A stretch of DNA of 64,000 nucleotides from positions 434,001-498,000 of the forward strand of contig NIVC01000211.1 in NCBI GenBank assembly GCA_002269645.1, given 5' to 3'. Below the pieces are notes generated by a model. The model saw nothing but the letters and a program-made list of their open reading frames with translations, had not been told where the DNA came from and ran no database searches. A program made the translations under genes and the position numbers. Below are positions 49,601 through 61,600 of this stretch, piece after piece. This DNA comes from Macrostomum lignano (taxonomy: Eukaryota). Positions within the stretch are counted from its first letter, which is position 1, and each line of letters opens with the position of its first letter.

Positions 49601-52600
49601 TCTTAGTGCCTGTGTCTTTTTCTTTGTCTGTCTTAGTGCCTGTGTCTTAGTGCCTGTGTCTTAGTGCCTGTGTCTTAGTGCCTGTGTCTTAGTGCCTGTG
49701 TCTTAGTGCCTGTGTCTTAGTGCCTGTGTGTCTTAGTGCATGGCTGTCTTAGTGCTGTGTCTTTTTCTTTGTCTGTCTTAGTGCCTGTGTGTCTTAGTGC
49801 CTGTGTGTCTTAGTGCCTGTGTGTCTTAGTGCATGGGTGTCTTAGTGCCTGTGTGTCTTAGTGCCTGTGTGTCTTAGTGCCTGTGTGTCTTAGTGCCTGT
49901 GTGTCTTAGTGACTGTGTGTTTAGTGCCTGTGTGTCTTAGTGCCTGTGTGTCTTAGTGCCTGTGTGTCTTAGTGCCTGTGTGTCTAAGTGCATGGTGTCT
50001 TAGTGCCTGTGTCTTAGTGCCTGTGTGTCTTAGTGCCTGTGTGTCTTAGTGCCTGTGTGTCTTAGTGCTGTGTGTCTTAGTGCATGGGTGTCTTAGTGCC
50101 TGTGTGTCTTAGTGCCCGTGTGTCTTAGTGCCTGTGTGTCTTAGTGTATGGGTGTCTTAGTGCCTGTGTGTCTTAGTGCCTGTGTGTCTTAGTGCTGTGT
50201 GTCTTAGTGCCTGTGTGTCTTAGTGCCTGTGTGTCTTAGTGCATGGGTGTCTTAGTGCCTGTGTCTTAGTGCCTGTGTCTTAGTGCCTGTGTCTTAGTGC
50301 CTGTGTGTCTTAGTGCCTGTGTCTTAGTGCCTGTGTCTTAGTGCCTGTGTCTTAGTGCCTGTGTCTTAGTGCCTGTGTGTCTTAGTGCATGGCTGTCTTA
50401 GTGCCTGTGTCTTTCTTTGTCTGTCTTAGTGCCTGTGTCTTAGTGCCTGTGTGTCTTAGTGCCTGTGTGTCTTAGTGCCTGTGTCTTAGTGCCTGTGTCT
50501 TAGTGCCTGTGTCTTAGTGCCTGTGTCTTAGTGCCTGTGTGTCTTAGTGCATGGCTGTCTTAGTGCCTGTGTCTTTTTCTTTGTCTGTCTTAGTGCCTGT
50601 GTGTCTTAGTGCCTGTGTGTCTTAGTGCCTGTGTCTTAGTGCCTGTGTGTCTTAGTGCCTGTGTCTTAGTGCCTGTGTCTTAGTGCCTGTGTGTCTTAGT
50701 GACTGTGTGTTTAGTGCCTGTGTGTCTTAGTGCCTGTGTGTCTTAGTGCCTGTGTGTCTTAGTGCATGTGTCTTAGTGCCTGTGTCTTAGTGCCTGTGTG
50801 TCTTAGTGCTGTGTGTCTTAGTGCATGGTGTCTTAGTGCCTGTGTGTCTTAGTGCTGTGTGTCTTAGTGCATGGTGTCTTAGTGCCTGTGTCTTAGTGCC
50901 TGGTGTCTTAGTGCCTGTGTGTCTTAGTGCTGTGTGTCTTAGTGCCTGCGTGTCTTAGTGCCGTGTGTCTTAGTGCCTGTGTGTCTTTGTGCCTGTGTGT
51001 CTTAGTGCCTGTGTGTCTTAGTGCCTGTGTGTCTTAGTGCTGTGTGTCTTAGTGCTGTGTGTCTTAGTGCATGGGTGTCTTAGTGCCTGTGTCTTAGTGC
51101 CTGTGTCTTAGTGCCTGTGTGTCTTAGTGCCTGTGTCTTAGTGCCTGTGTGTCTTAGTGCCTGTGTGTCTTAGTGCCTGTGTGTCTTAGTGCTTGTGTGT
51201 CTTAGTGCCTGTGTGTCTTAGTGCCTGTGTGTCTTAGTGCTTGTGTGTCTTAGTGCCCGTGTGTCTTAGTGCCTGTGTGTCTTAGTGCTTGTGTGTCTTA
51301 GTGCCTGTGTGTCTTAGTGCCTGTGTGTCTTAGTGCCTGTGTGTCTTAGTGCCTGTGTGTCTTAGTGCTGTGTGTCTTAGTGCATGGGTGTCTTAGTGCC
51401 TGTGTGTCTTAGTGCCGTGTGTCTTAGTGCCTGTGTGTCTTAGTGCATGGTGTCTTAGTGCCTGTGTGTCTTAGTGCCTGTGTGTCTTAAGTGCATGGTG
51501 TCTTAGTGCCTGTGTCTTAGTGCCTGTGTGTCTTAGTGCCTGTGTGTCTTAGTGCCTGTGTGTCTTTGTGCCTGTGTGTCTAAGTGCATAGGTGTCTTAG
51601 TGCCTGTGTCTTAGTGCCTGTGTGTCTTAGTGCCTGTGTGTCTTAGTGCCTGGGTGTCTTAGTGCCTGTGTGTCTTAGTGCTGTGTGTCTTAGTGTATGG
51701 GTGTCTTAGTGCCTGTGTGTCTTAGTGCTGTGTGTTTAGTGCCTGTGTGTCTTAGTGCCTGTGTGTCTTAGTGCCTGTGTGTCTTAGGCATGGTGTCTTA
51801 GTGCCTGTGTCTTAGTGCCTGTGTGTCTTAGTGCTTGTGTGTCTTAGTGCATGGGTGTCTTAGTGCCTGTGTGTCTTAGTGCCTGTGTCTTAGTGCCTGT
51901 GTGTCTTAGTGCATGGGTGTCTTAGTGCCTGTGTGTCTTAGTGCCTGTGTGTCTTAGTGACAGTGTGTTTTAGTGCCTGTGTGTCTTTGTGCCTGTGTGT
52001 CTTAGTGCATAGGTGTCTTAGTGCATAGGTGTCTTAGTGCCTGTGTCTTAGTGCCTGTGTGTCTTAGTGCCTGTGTGTCTTAGTGCATGGGTGTCTTAGT
52101 GCCTGTGTGTCTTAGTGCCTGTGTGTCTTAGTGCCTGTGTGTCTTAGTGCCTGTGTGTCTTAGTGACTGTGTGTTTTAGTGCCTGTGTGTCTTAGTGCCT
52201 GTGTGTCTTAGTGCCTGTGTCTTAGTGCCTGTGTGTCTTAGTGCCTGTGTCTTAGTGCCTGTGTCTTAGTGCCTGTGTGTCTTAGTGACTGTGTGTTTTA
52301 GTGCCTGTGTGTCTTAGTGCCTGTGTGTCTTAGTGCCTGTGTGTCTTAGTGCATGGTGTCTTAGTGCCTGTGTCTTAGTGCCTGTGTGTCTTAGTGCTTG
52401 TGTGTCTTAGTGCATGGGTGTCTTAGTGCCTGTGTGTCTTAGTGCTGTGTGTCTTAGTGCTGGTGTCTTAGTGCCTGTGTCTTAGTGCCTGAGTGTCTTA
52501 GTGCCTGTGTGTCTTAGTGCTTGTGTGTCTTAGTGCCTGTGTGTCTTAGTGCTTGTGTGTCTTAGTGCCTGGTGTCTTAGTGCCGTGTGTCTTAGTGCCT

Positions 52601-55600
52601 GTGTGTCTTAGTGCCTGTGTGTCTTAGTGCCTGTGTGTCTTAGTGCTTGTGTGTCTTAGTGCTTGTGTGTCTTAGTGCATGGGTGTCTTAGTGCCTGTGT
52701 CTTAGTGCCTGTGTCTTAGTGCCTGTGTGTCTTAGTGCCTGTGTGTCTTAGTGCCTGTGTGTCTTAGTGCCTGTGTGTCTTTGTGCCTGTGTGTCTTAGT
52801 GCCTGTGTGTCTTAGTGCCTGTGTGTCTTAGCGCCTGTGTGTCTTAGTGCCTGTGTGTCTTAGTGCTTGTGTGTCTTAGTGCCGTGTGTCTTAGTGCCTG
52901 TGTGTCTTAGTGCTGTGTGTCTTAGTGCCTGTGTGTCTTAGTGCCTGTGTGTCTTAGTGCCTGTGTGTCTTAGTGCCTGTGTGTCTTAGTGCTGTGTGTC
53001 TTAGTGCATGGTGTCTTAGTGCCTGTGTGTCTTAGTGCCGTGTGTCTTAGTGCCTGTGTGTCTTAGTGCATGGTGTCTTAGTGCCTGTGTGTCTTAGTGC
53101 CTGTGTGTCTAGTGCATAGGTGTCTTAGTGCCTGTGTCTTAGTGCCTGTGTGTCTTAGTGCCTGTGTGTCTTAGTGCCTGTGTGTCTTAGTGCCTGTGTG
53201 TCTTAGTGCATAGGTGTCTTAGTGCCTGTGTCTTAGTGCCTGTGTGTCTTAGTGCCTGTGTGTCTTAGTGCCTGTGTGTCTTAGTGCCTGTGTGTCTTAG
53301 TGCTGTGTGTCTTAGTGTATGGGTGTCTTAGTGCCTGTGTGTCTTAGTGCTGTGTGTCTTAGTGCCTGTGTGTCTTAGTGCCTGTGTGTCTTAGTGCCTG
53401 TGTGTCTTAGTGCATGGTGTCTTAGTGCCTGTGTCTTAGTGCCTGTGTGTCTTAGTGCTGTGTGTCTTAGTGCATGGGTGTCTTAGTGCCTGTGTGTCTT
53501 AGTGCCGTGTGTCTTAGTGCCTGTGTGTCTTAGTGCATGGTGTCTTAGTGCCTGTGTGTCTTAGTGCCTGTGTGTCTTAGTGAGTGTGTTTTAGTGCCTG
53601 TGTGTCTTAGTGCCTGTGTGTCTTAGTGCATGGTGTCTTAGTGCATGGTGTCTTAGTGCCTGTGTCTTAGTGCCTGTGTGTCTTAGTGCATGGTGTCTTA
53701 GTGCCTGTGTCTTAGTGCCTGTGTGTCTTAGTGCCTGTGTGTCTTAGTGCCTGTGTGTCTTAGTGCCTGTGTCTTAGTGCCTGTGTGTCTTAGTGCCTGT
53801 GTCTTAGTGCCTGTGTCTTAGTGCCTGTGTGTCTTAGTGCTGTGTGTCTTAGTGCCTGTGTGTCTTAGTGCCTGTGTGTCTTAGTGCCTGTGTGTCTTAG
53901 TGCATGGTGTCTTAGTGCCTGTGTCTTAGTGCCTGTGTGTCTTAGTGCTGTGTGTCTTAGTGCATGGTGTCTTAGTGCCTGTGTGTCTTAGTGCTGTGTG
54001 TCTTAGTGCATGGTGTCTTAGTGCCTGTGTCTTAGTGCCTGGTGTCTTAGTGCCTGTGTGTCTTAGTGCTGTGTGTCTTAGTGCCTGTGTGTCTTAGTGC
54101 TTGTGTGTCTTAGTGCCTGGTGTCTTAGTGCCGTGTGTCTTAGTGCCTGTGTGTCTTAGTGCCTGTGTGTCTTAGTGCCTGTGTGTCTTAGTGCCTGTGT
54201 GTCTTAGTGCCTGTGTGTCTTAGTGCTGTGTGTCTTAGTGCCTGGGTCTTAGTGCCTGTGTCTTAGTGCCTGTGTCTTAGTGCCTGTGTGTCTTAGTGCC
54301 TGTGTGTCTTAGTGCCTGTGTGTCTTAGTGCCTGTGTGTCTTAGTGCCTGTGTGTCTTAGTGCCTGTGTGTCTTAGTGCCTGTGTGTCTTAGTGCCTGTG
54401 TGTCTTAGTGCCTGTGTGTCTTAGTGCTGTGTGTCTTAGTGCCGTGTGTCTTAGTGCCTGTGTGTCTTAGTGCCTGTGTGTCTTAGTGCCTGTGTGTCTT
54501 AGTGCCTGTGTGTCTTAGTGCCTGTGTGTCTTAGTGCCTGTGTGTCTTAGTGCCTGTGTGTCTTAGTGCCTGTGTGTCTTAGTGCCTGTGTGTCTTAGTG
54601 CCTGTGTGTCTTAGTGCCTGTGTGTCTTAGTGCATGGGTGTCTTAGTGCCTGTGTGTCTTAGTGCCTGTGTGTCTAAGTGCATAGGTGTCTTAGTGCCTG
54701 TGTCTTAGTGCCTGTGTCTTAGTGCCTGTGTGTCTTAGTGCCTGTGTGTCTTAGTGCCTGTGTGTCTTAGTGCCTGTGTGTCTTAGTGCTGTGTGTCTTA
54801 GTGCCTCTGTGTCTTAGTGCCTGTGTGTCTTAGTGCCTGGTGTCTTAGTGCCTGTGTGTCTTAGTGCATGGTGTCTTAGTGTGTGTCTTAGTGCCTGTGT
54901 GTCTTAGTGCCTGTGTGTCTTAGTGCCTGTGTGTCTTAGTGCTGTGTGTCTTAGTGCATGGGTGTCTTAGTGCCTGTGTGTCTTAGTGCCGTGTGTCTTA
55001 GTGCCTGTGTGTCTTAGTGTATGTGTGTCTTAGTGCCTGTGTGTCTTAGTGCCTGTGTGTCTTAGTGACTGTGTGTCTTAGTGCCTGTGTGTCTTAGTGC
55101 CTGTGTGTCTTAGTGCCTGTGTGTCTTAGTGCATGGTGTCTTAGTGCCTGTGTCTTAGTGCCTGTGTCTTAGTGCCTGTGTGTCTTAGTGCATGGCTGTC
55201 TTAGTGCCTGTGTCTTTGCTTTGTCTGTCTTAGTGCCTGTGTGTCTTAGTGCCTGTGTGTCTTAGTGCCTGTGTGTCTTAGTGCATGGGTGTCTTAGTGC
55301 CTGTGTCTTAGTGCCTGTGTCTTAGTGCCTGTGTGTCTTAGTGCATGGTGTCTTAGTGCCTGTGTGTCTTAGTGCCTGTGTGTCTTAGTGCCTGTGTGTC
55401 TTAGTGCCTGTGTGTCTTAGTGCCTGTGTGTCTTAGTGCCTGTGTGTCTTAGTGCATGGTGTCTTAGTGCCTGTGTCTTAGTGCCTGTGTGTCTTAGTGC
55501 CTGTGTGTCTTAGTGCATGGTGTCTTAGTGCCTGTGTGTCTTAGTGCCTGTGTGTCTTAGTGCCTGTGTGTCTTAGTGCCTGTGTGTCTTAGTGCTGTGT

Positions 55601-58600
55601 GTTTAGTGCCTGTGTGTCTTAGTGCCTGTGTGTCTTTGTGCCTGAGTGTCTTAGTGCCTGTGTGTCTAGTGCATAGGTGTCTTAGTGCCTGTGTCTTAGT
55701 GCCTGTGTGTCTTAGTGCCTGTGTGTCTTAGTGCCTGTGTGTCTTAGTGCTGTGTGTCTTAGTGCATGGGTGTCTTAGTGCCTGTGTGTCTTAGTGCCGT
55801 GTGTCTTAGTGCCTGTGTGTCTTAGTGTATGGTGTCTTAGTGCCTGTGTGTCTTAGTGCCTGTGTGTCTTAGTGCTGTGTGTCTTAGTGCCTGTGTGTCT
55901 TAGTGCCTGTGTGTCTTAGTGCATGGGTGTCTTAGTGCCTGTGTCTTAGTGCCTGTGTCTTAGTGCCTGTGTCTTAGTGCCTGTGTGTCTTAGTGCCTGT
56001 GTCTTTTTCTTTGTCTGTCTTAGTGCCTGTGTGTCTTAGTGCCTGTGTGTCTTAGTGCCTGTGTGTCTTAGTGCATGGTGTCTTAGTGCCTGTGTCTTAG
56101 TGCCTGTGTCTTAGTGCCTGTGTGTCTTAGTGCATGGTGTCTTAGTGCCTGTGTGTCTTAGTGCCTGTGTGTCTTAGTGCCTGTGTGTCTTAGTGCAGTG
56201 TGTCTTTAGTGCCTGTGTGTCTTAGTGCCTGTGTGTCTTAGTGCATGGTGTCTTAGTGCATGGTGTCTTAGTGCATGGTGTCTTAGTGCCTGTGTCTTAG
56301 TGCCTGTGTGTCTTAGTGCCTGTGTGTCTTAGTGCATGGGTGTCTTAGTGCCTGTGTGTCTTAGTGCCTGTGTGTCTTAGTGCCTGTGTGTCTTAGTGCC
56401 TGTGTGTCTTAGTGACTGTGTGTTTAGTGCCTGTGTGTCTTAGTGCCTGTGTGTCTTAGTGCCTGAGTGTCTTAGTGCCTGTGTGTCTAGTGCATGGTGT
56501 CTTAGTGCCTGTGTCTTAGTGCCTGTGTGTCTTAGTGCCTGTGTGTGTTAGTGCCTGTGTGTCTTAGTGCTTGTGTGTCTTAGTGCATGGTGTCTTAGTG
56601 CCTGTGTGTCTTAGTGCCGTGTGTCTTAGTGCCTGTGTGTCTTAGTGTATGGTGTCTTAGTGCCTGTGTGTCTTAGTGCCTGTGTGTCTTAGTGACTGTG
56701 TGTCTTAGTGCCTGTGTGTCTTAGTGCCTGTGTGTCTTAGTGCATGGTGTCTTAGTGCCTGTGTCTTAGTGCCTGTGTCTTAGTGCCTGTGTCTTAGTGC
56801 CTGTGTGTCTTAGTGCATGGCTGTCTTAGTGCCTGTGTCTTTTTCTTTGTCTGTCTTAGTGCCTGTGTGTCTTAGTGCCTGTGTGTCTTAGTGACTGTGT
56901 GTCTTAGTGCATGGGTGTCTTAGTGCCTGTGTCTTAGTGCCTGTGTCTTAGTGCCTGTGTGTCTTAGTGCATGGCTGTCTTAGTGCCTGTGTCTTTTTCT
57001 TTGTCTGTCTTAGTGCCTGTGTCTTTTCTTTGTCTGTCTTAGTGCCTGTGTCTTAGTGCCTGTGTCTTAGTGCCTGTGTCTTAGTGCCTGTGTCTTAGTG
57101 CCTGTGTCTTAGTGCCTGTGTCTTAGTGCCTGTGTGTCTTAGTGCATGGCTGTCTTAGTGCTGTGTCTTTTTCTTTGTCTGTCTTAGTGCCTGTGTGTCT
57201 TAGTGCCTGTGTGTCTTAGTGCCTGTGTGTCTTAGTGCATGGTGTCTTAGTGCCTGTGTGTCTTAGTGCCTGTGTGTCTTAGTGCCTGTGTGTCTTAGTG
57301 CCTGTGTGTCTTAGTGCTGTGTGTTTAGTGCCTGTGTGTCTTAGTGCCTGTGTGTCTTTGTGCCTGTGTGTCTTAGTGCCTGTGTGTCTTAGTGCATAGG
57401 TGTCTTAGTGCCTGTGTCTTAGTGCCTGTGTGTCTTAGTGCCTGTGTGTCTTAGTGCCTGTGTGTCTTAGTGCTTGTGTGTCTTAGTGCATGGGTGTCTT
57501 AGTGCCTGTGTGTCTTAGTGCCGTGTGTCTTAGTGCCTGTGTGTCTTAGTGTATGTGTCTTAGTGCCTGTGTGTCTTAGTGCCTGTGTGTCTTAGTGCTG
57601 TGTGTCTTAGTGCCTGTGTGTCTTAGTGCCTGTGTGTCTTAGTGCATGGGTCTTAGTGCCTGTGTCTTAGTGCCTGTGTCTTAGTGCCTGTGTCTTAGTG
57701 CCTGTGTGTCTTAGTGCCTGTGTCTTAGTGCCTGTGTCTTAGTGCCTGTGTCTTAGTGCCTGTGTCTTAGTGCCTGTGTGTCTTAGTGCATGGCTGTCTT
57801 AGTGCCTGTGTCTTTTTCTTTGTCTGTCTTAGTGCCTGTGTCTTAGTGCCTGTGTGTCTTAGTGCCTGTGTGTCTTAGTGCCTGTGTCTTAGTGCCTGTG
57901 TCTTAGTGCCTGTGTCTTAGTGCCTGTGTCTTAGTGCCTGTGTGTCTTAGTGCATGGCTGTCTTAGTGCCTGTGTCTTTTTCTTTGTCTGTCTTAGTGCC
58001 TGTGTGTCTTAGTGCCTGTGTGTCTTAGTGCCTGTGTCTTAGTGCCTGTGTGTCTTAGTGCCTGTGTCTTAGTGCCTGTGTCTTAGTGCCTGTGTGTCTT
58101 AGTGACTGTGTGTTTTAGTGCCTGTGTGTCTTAGTGCCTGTGTGTCTTAGTGCCTGTGTGTCTTAGGCATAGGTGTCTTAGTGCCTGTGTCTTAGTGCCT
58201 GTGTGTCTTAGTGCTTGTGTGTCTTAGTGCATGGGTGTCTTAGTGCCTGTGTGTCTTAGTGCTTGTGTGTCTTAGTGCATGGGTGTCTTAGTGCCTGTGT
58301 CTTAGTGCCTGAGTGTCTTAGTGCCTGTGTGTCTTAGTGCTTGTGTGTCTTAGTGCCTGCGTGTCTTAGTGGCCGTGTGTCTTAGTGCCTGTGTGTCTTT
58401 GTGCCTGTGTGTCTTAGTGCCTGTGTGTCTTAGTGCCTGTGTGTCTTAGTGCTTGTGTGTCTTAGTGCTTGTGTGTCTTAGTGCATGGGTGTCTTAGTGC
58501 CTGTGTCTTAGTGCCTGTGTCTTAGTGCCTGTGTGTCTTAGTGCCTGTGTCTTAGTGCCTGTGTGTCTTTGCCTGTGTGTCTTAGTGCCTGTGTGTCTTA

Positions 58601-61600
58601 GTGCCTGTGTGTCTTAGTGCCTGTGTGTCTTAGTGCCTGTGTGTCTTAGTGCTTGTGTCTTAGTGCCCGTGTGTCTTAGTGCCTGTGTGTCTTAGTGCTG
58701 TGTGTCTTAGTGCCTGTGTGTCTTAGTGCCTGTGTGTCTTAGTGCCTGTGTGTCTTAGTGCCTGTGTGTCTTAGTGCTTGTGTGTCTTAGTGCATGGTGT
58801 CTTAGTGCCTGTGTGTCTTAGTGCCGTGTGTCTTAGTGCCTGTGTGTCTTAGTGCATGGTGTCTTAGTGCCTGTGTGTCTTAGTGCCTGTGTGTCTAAGT
58901 GCATAGGTGTCTTAGTGCCTGTGTCTTAGTGCCTGTGTGTCTTAGTGCCTGTGTGTCTTAGTGCCTGTGTGTCTTAGTGCCTGTGTGTCTTAGTGCATGG
59001 TGTCTTAGTGCCTGTGTCTTAGTGCCTGTGTGTCTTAGTGCCTGTGTGTCTTAGTGCCTGTGTGTCTTAGTGCCTGTGTGTCTTAGTGCTTGTGTCTTAG
59101 TGTATGGGTGTCTTAGTGCCTGTGTGTCTTAGTGCTGTGTGTTTAGTGCCTGTGTGTCTTAGTGCCTGTGTGTCTTAGTGCCTGTGTGTCTTAGTGCATA
59201 GGTGTCTTAGTGCCTGTGTCTTAGTGCCTGTGTGTCTTAGTGCTGTGTGTCTTAGTGCATGGGTGTCTTAGTGCCTGTGTGTCTTAGTGCCCGTGTGTCT
59301 TAGTGCCTGTGTGTCTTAGTGCATGGTGTCTTAGTGCCTGTGTGTCTTAGTGCCTGTGTGTCTTAGTGACAGTGTGTTTTAGTGCCTGTGTGTCTTTGTG
59401 CCTGTGTGTCTTAGTGCATGGTGTCTTAGTGCATAGGTGTCTTAGTGCCTGTGTCTTAGTGCCTGTGTGTCTTAGTGCCTGTGTGTCTTAGTGCATGGTG
59501 TCTTAGTGCCTGTGTGTCTTAGTGCCTGTGTGTCTTAGTGCCTGTGTGTCTTAGTGCCTGTGTGTCTTAGTGCTGTGTGTTTAGTGCCTGTGTGTCTTAG
59601 TGCCTGTGTGTCTTAGTGCCTGTGTCTTAGTGCCTGTGTGTCTTAGTGCCTGTGTCTTAGTGCCTGTGTCTTAGTGCCTGTGTGTCTTAGTGCTGTGTGT
59701 TTAGTGCCTGTGTGTCTTAGTGCCTGTGTGTCTTAGTGCCTGTGTGTCTTAGTGCATGGTGTCTTAGTGCCTGTGTCTTAGTGCCTGTGTGTCTTAGTGC
59801 TGTGTGTCTTAGTGCATGGTGTCTTAGTGCCTGTGTGTCTTAGTGCTGTGTGTCTTAGTGCATGGTGTCTTAGTGCCTGTGTCTTAGTGCCTGTGTGTCT
59901 TAGTGCCTGTGTGTCTTAGTGCTGTGTGTCTTAGTGCCTGTGTGTCTTAGTGCTGTGTGTCTTAGTGCCTGTGTGTCTTAGTGCCGTGTGTCTTAGTGCC
60001 TGTGTGTCTTAGTGCCTGTGTGTCTTAGTGCCTGTGTGTCTTAGTGCTGTGTGTCTTAGTGCTGTGTGTCTTAGTGCATGGTGTCTTAGTGCCTGTGTCT
60101 TAGTGCCTGTGTCTTAGTGCCTGTGTGTCTTAGTGCCTGTGTGTCTTAGTGCCTGTGTGTCTTAGTGCCTGTGTGTCTTAGTGCCTGTGTGTCTTAGTGC
60201 CTGTGTGTCTTAGTGCCTGTGTGTCTTAGTGCCTGTGTGTCTTAGTGCCTGTGTGTCTTAGTGCTTGTGTGTCTTAGTGCCGTGTGTCTTAGTGCCTGTG
60301 TGTCTTAGTGCTGTGTGTCTTAGTGCCTGTGTGTCTTAGTGCCTGTGTGTCTTAGTGCCTGTGTGTCTTAGTGCCTGTGTGTCTTAGTGCTGTGTGTCTT
60401 AGTGCATGGTGTCTTAGTGCCTGTGTGTCTTAGTGCCGTGTGTCTTAGTGCCTGTGTGTCTTAGTGCATGGTGTCTTAGTGCCTGTGTGTCTTAGTGCCT
60501 GTGTGTCTTAGTGCATGGTGTCTTAGTGCCTGTGTCTTAGTGCCTGTGTGTCTTAGTGCCTGTGTGTCTTAGTGCCTGTGTGTCTTAGTGCCTGTGTGTC
60601 TTAGTGCATGGTGTCTTAGTGCCTGTGTCTTAGTGCCTGTGTGTCTTAGTGCCTGTGTGTCTTAGTGCCTGTGTGTCTTAGTGCCTGTGTGTCTTAGTGC
60701 TGTGTGTCTTAGTGTATGGGTGTCTTAGTGCCTGTGTGTCTTAGTGCTGTGTGTTTAGTGCCTGTGTGTCTTAGTGCCTGTGTGTCTTAGTGCCTGTGTG
60801 TCTTAGTGCATGGTGTCTTAGTGCCTGTGTCTTAGTGCCTGTGTGTCTTAGTGCTGTGTGTCTTAGTGCATGGTGTCTTAGTGCCTGTGTGTCTTAGTGC
60901 CGTGTGTCTTAGTGCCTGTGTGTCTTAGTGCATGGGTGTCTTAGTGCCTGTGTGTCTTAGTGCCTGTGTGTCTTAGTGCAGTGTGTCTTAGTGCCTGTGT
61001 GTCTTAGTGCCTGTGTGTCTTAGTGCATGGTGTCTTAGTGCATGGTGTCTTAGTGCCTGTGTCTTAGTGCCTGTGTGTCTTAGTGCCTGTGTGTCTTAGT
61101 GCCTGGTGTCTTAGTGCCTGTGTGTCTTAGTGCCTGTGTGTCTTAGTGCCTGTGTGTCTTAGTGCCTGTGTCTTAGTGCCTGTGTGTCTTAGTGCCTGTG
61201 TCTTAGTGCCTGTGTCTTAGTGCCTGTGTGTCTTAGTGCTGTGTGTCTTAGTGCCTGTGTGTCTTAGTGCCTGTGTGTCTTAGTGCCTGTGTGTCTTAGT
61301 GCATGGTGTCTTAGTGCCTGTGTCTTAGTGCCTGTGTGTCTTAGTGCTGTGTGTCTTAGTGCATGGTGTCTTAGTGCCTGTGTGTCTTAGTGCTTGTGTG
61401 TCTTAGTGCATGGTGTCTTAGTGCCTGTGTCTTAGTGCCTGGTGTCTTAGTGCCTGTGTGTCTTAGTGCTGTGTGTCTTAGTGCCTGTGTGTCTTAGTGC
61501 TGTGTGTCTTAGTGCCTGCGTGTCTTAGTGCCGTGTGTCTTAGTGCCTGTGTGTCTTAGTGCCTGTGTGTCTTAGTGCCTGTGTGTCTTAGTGCCTGTGT

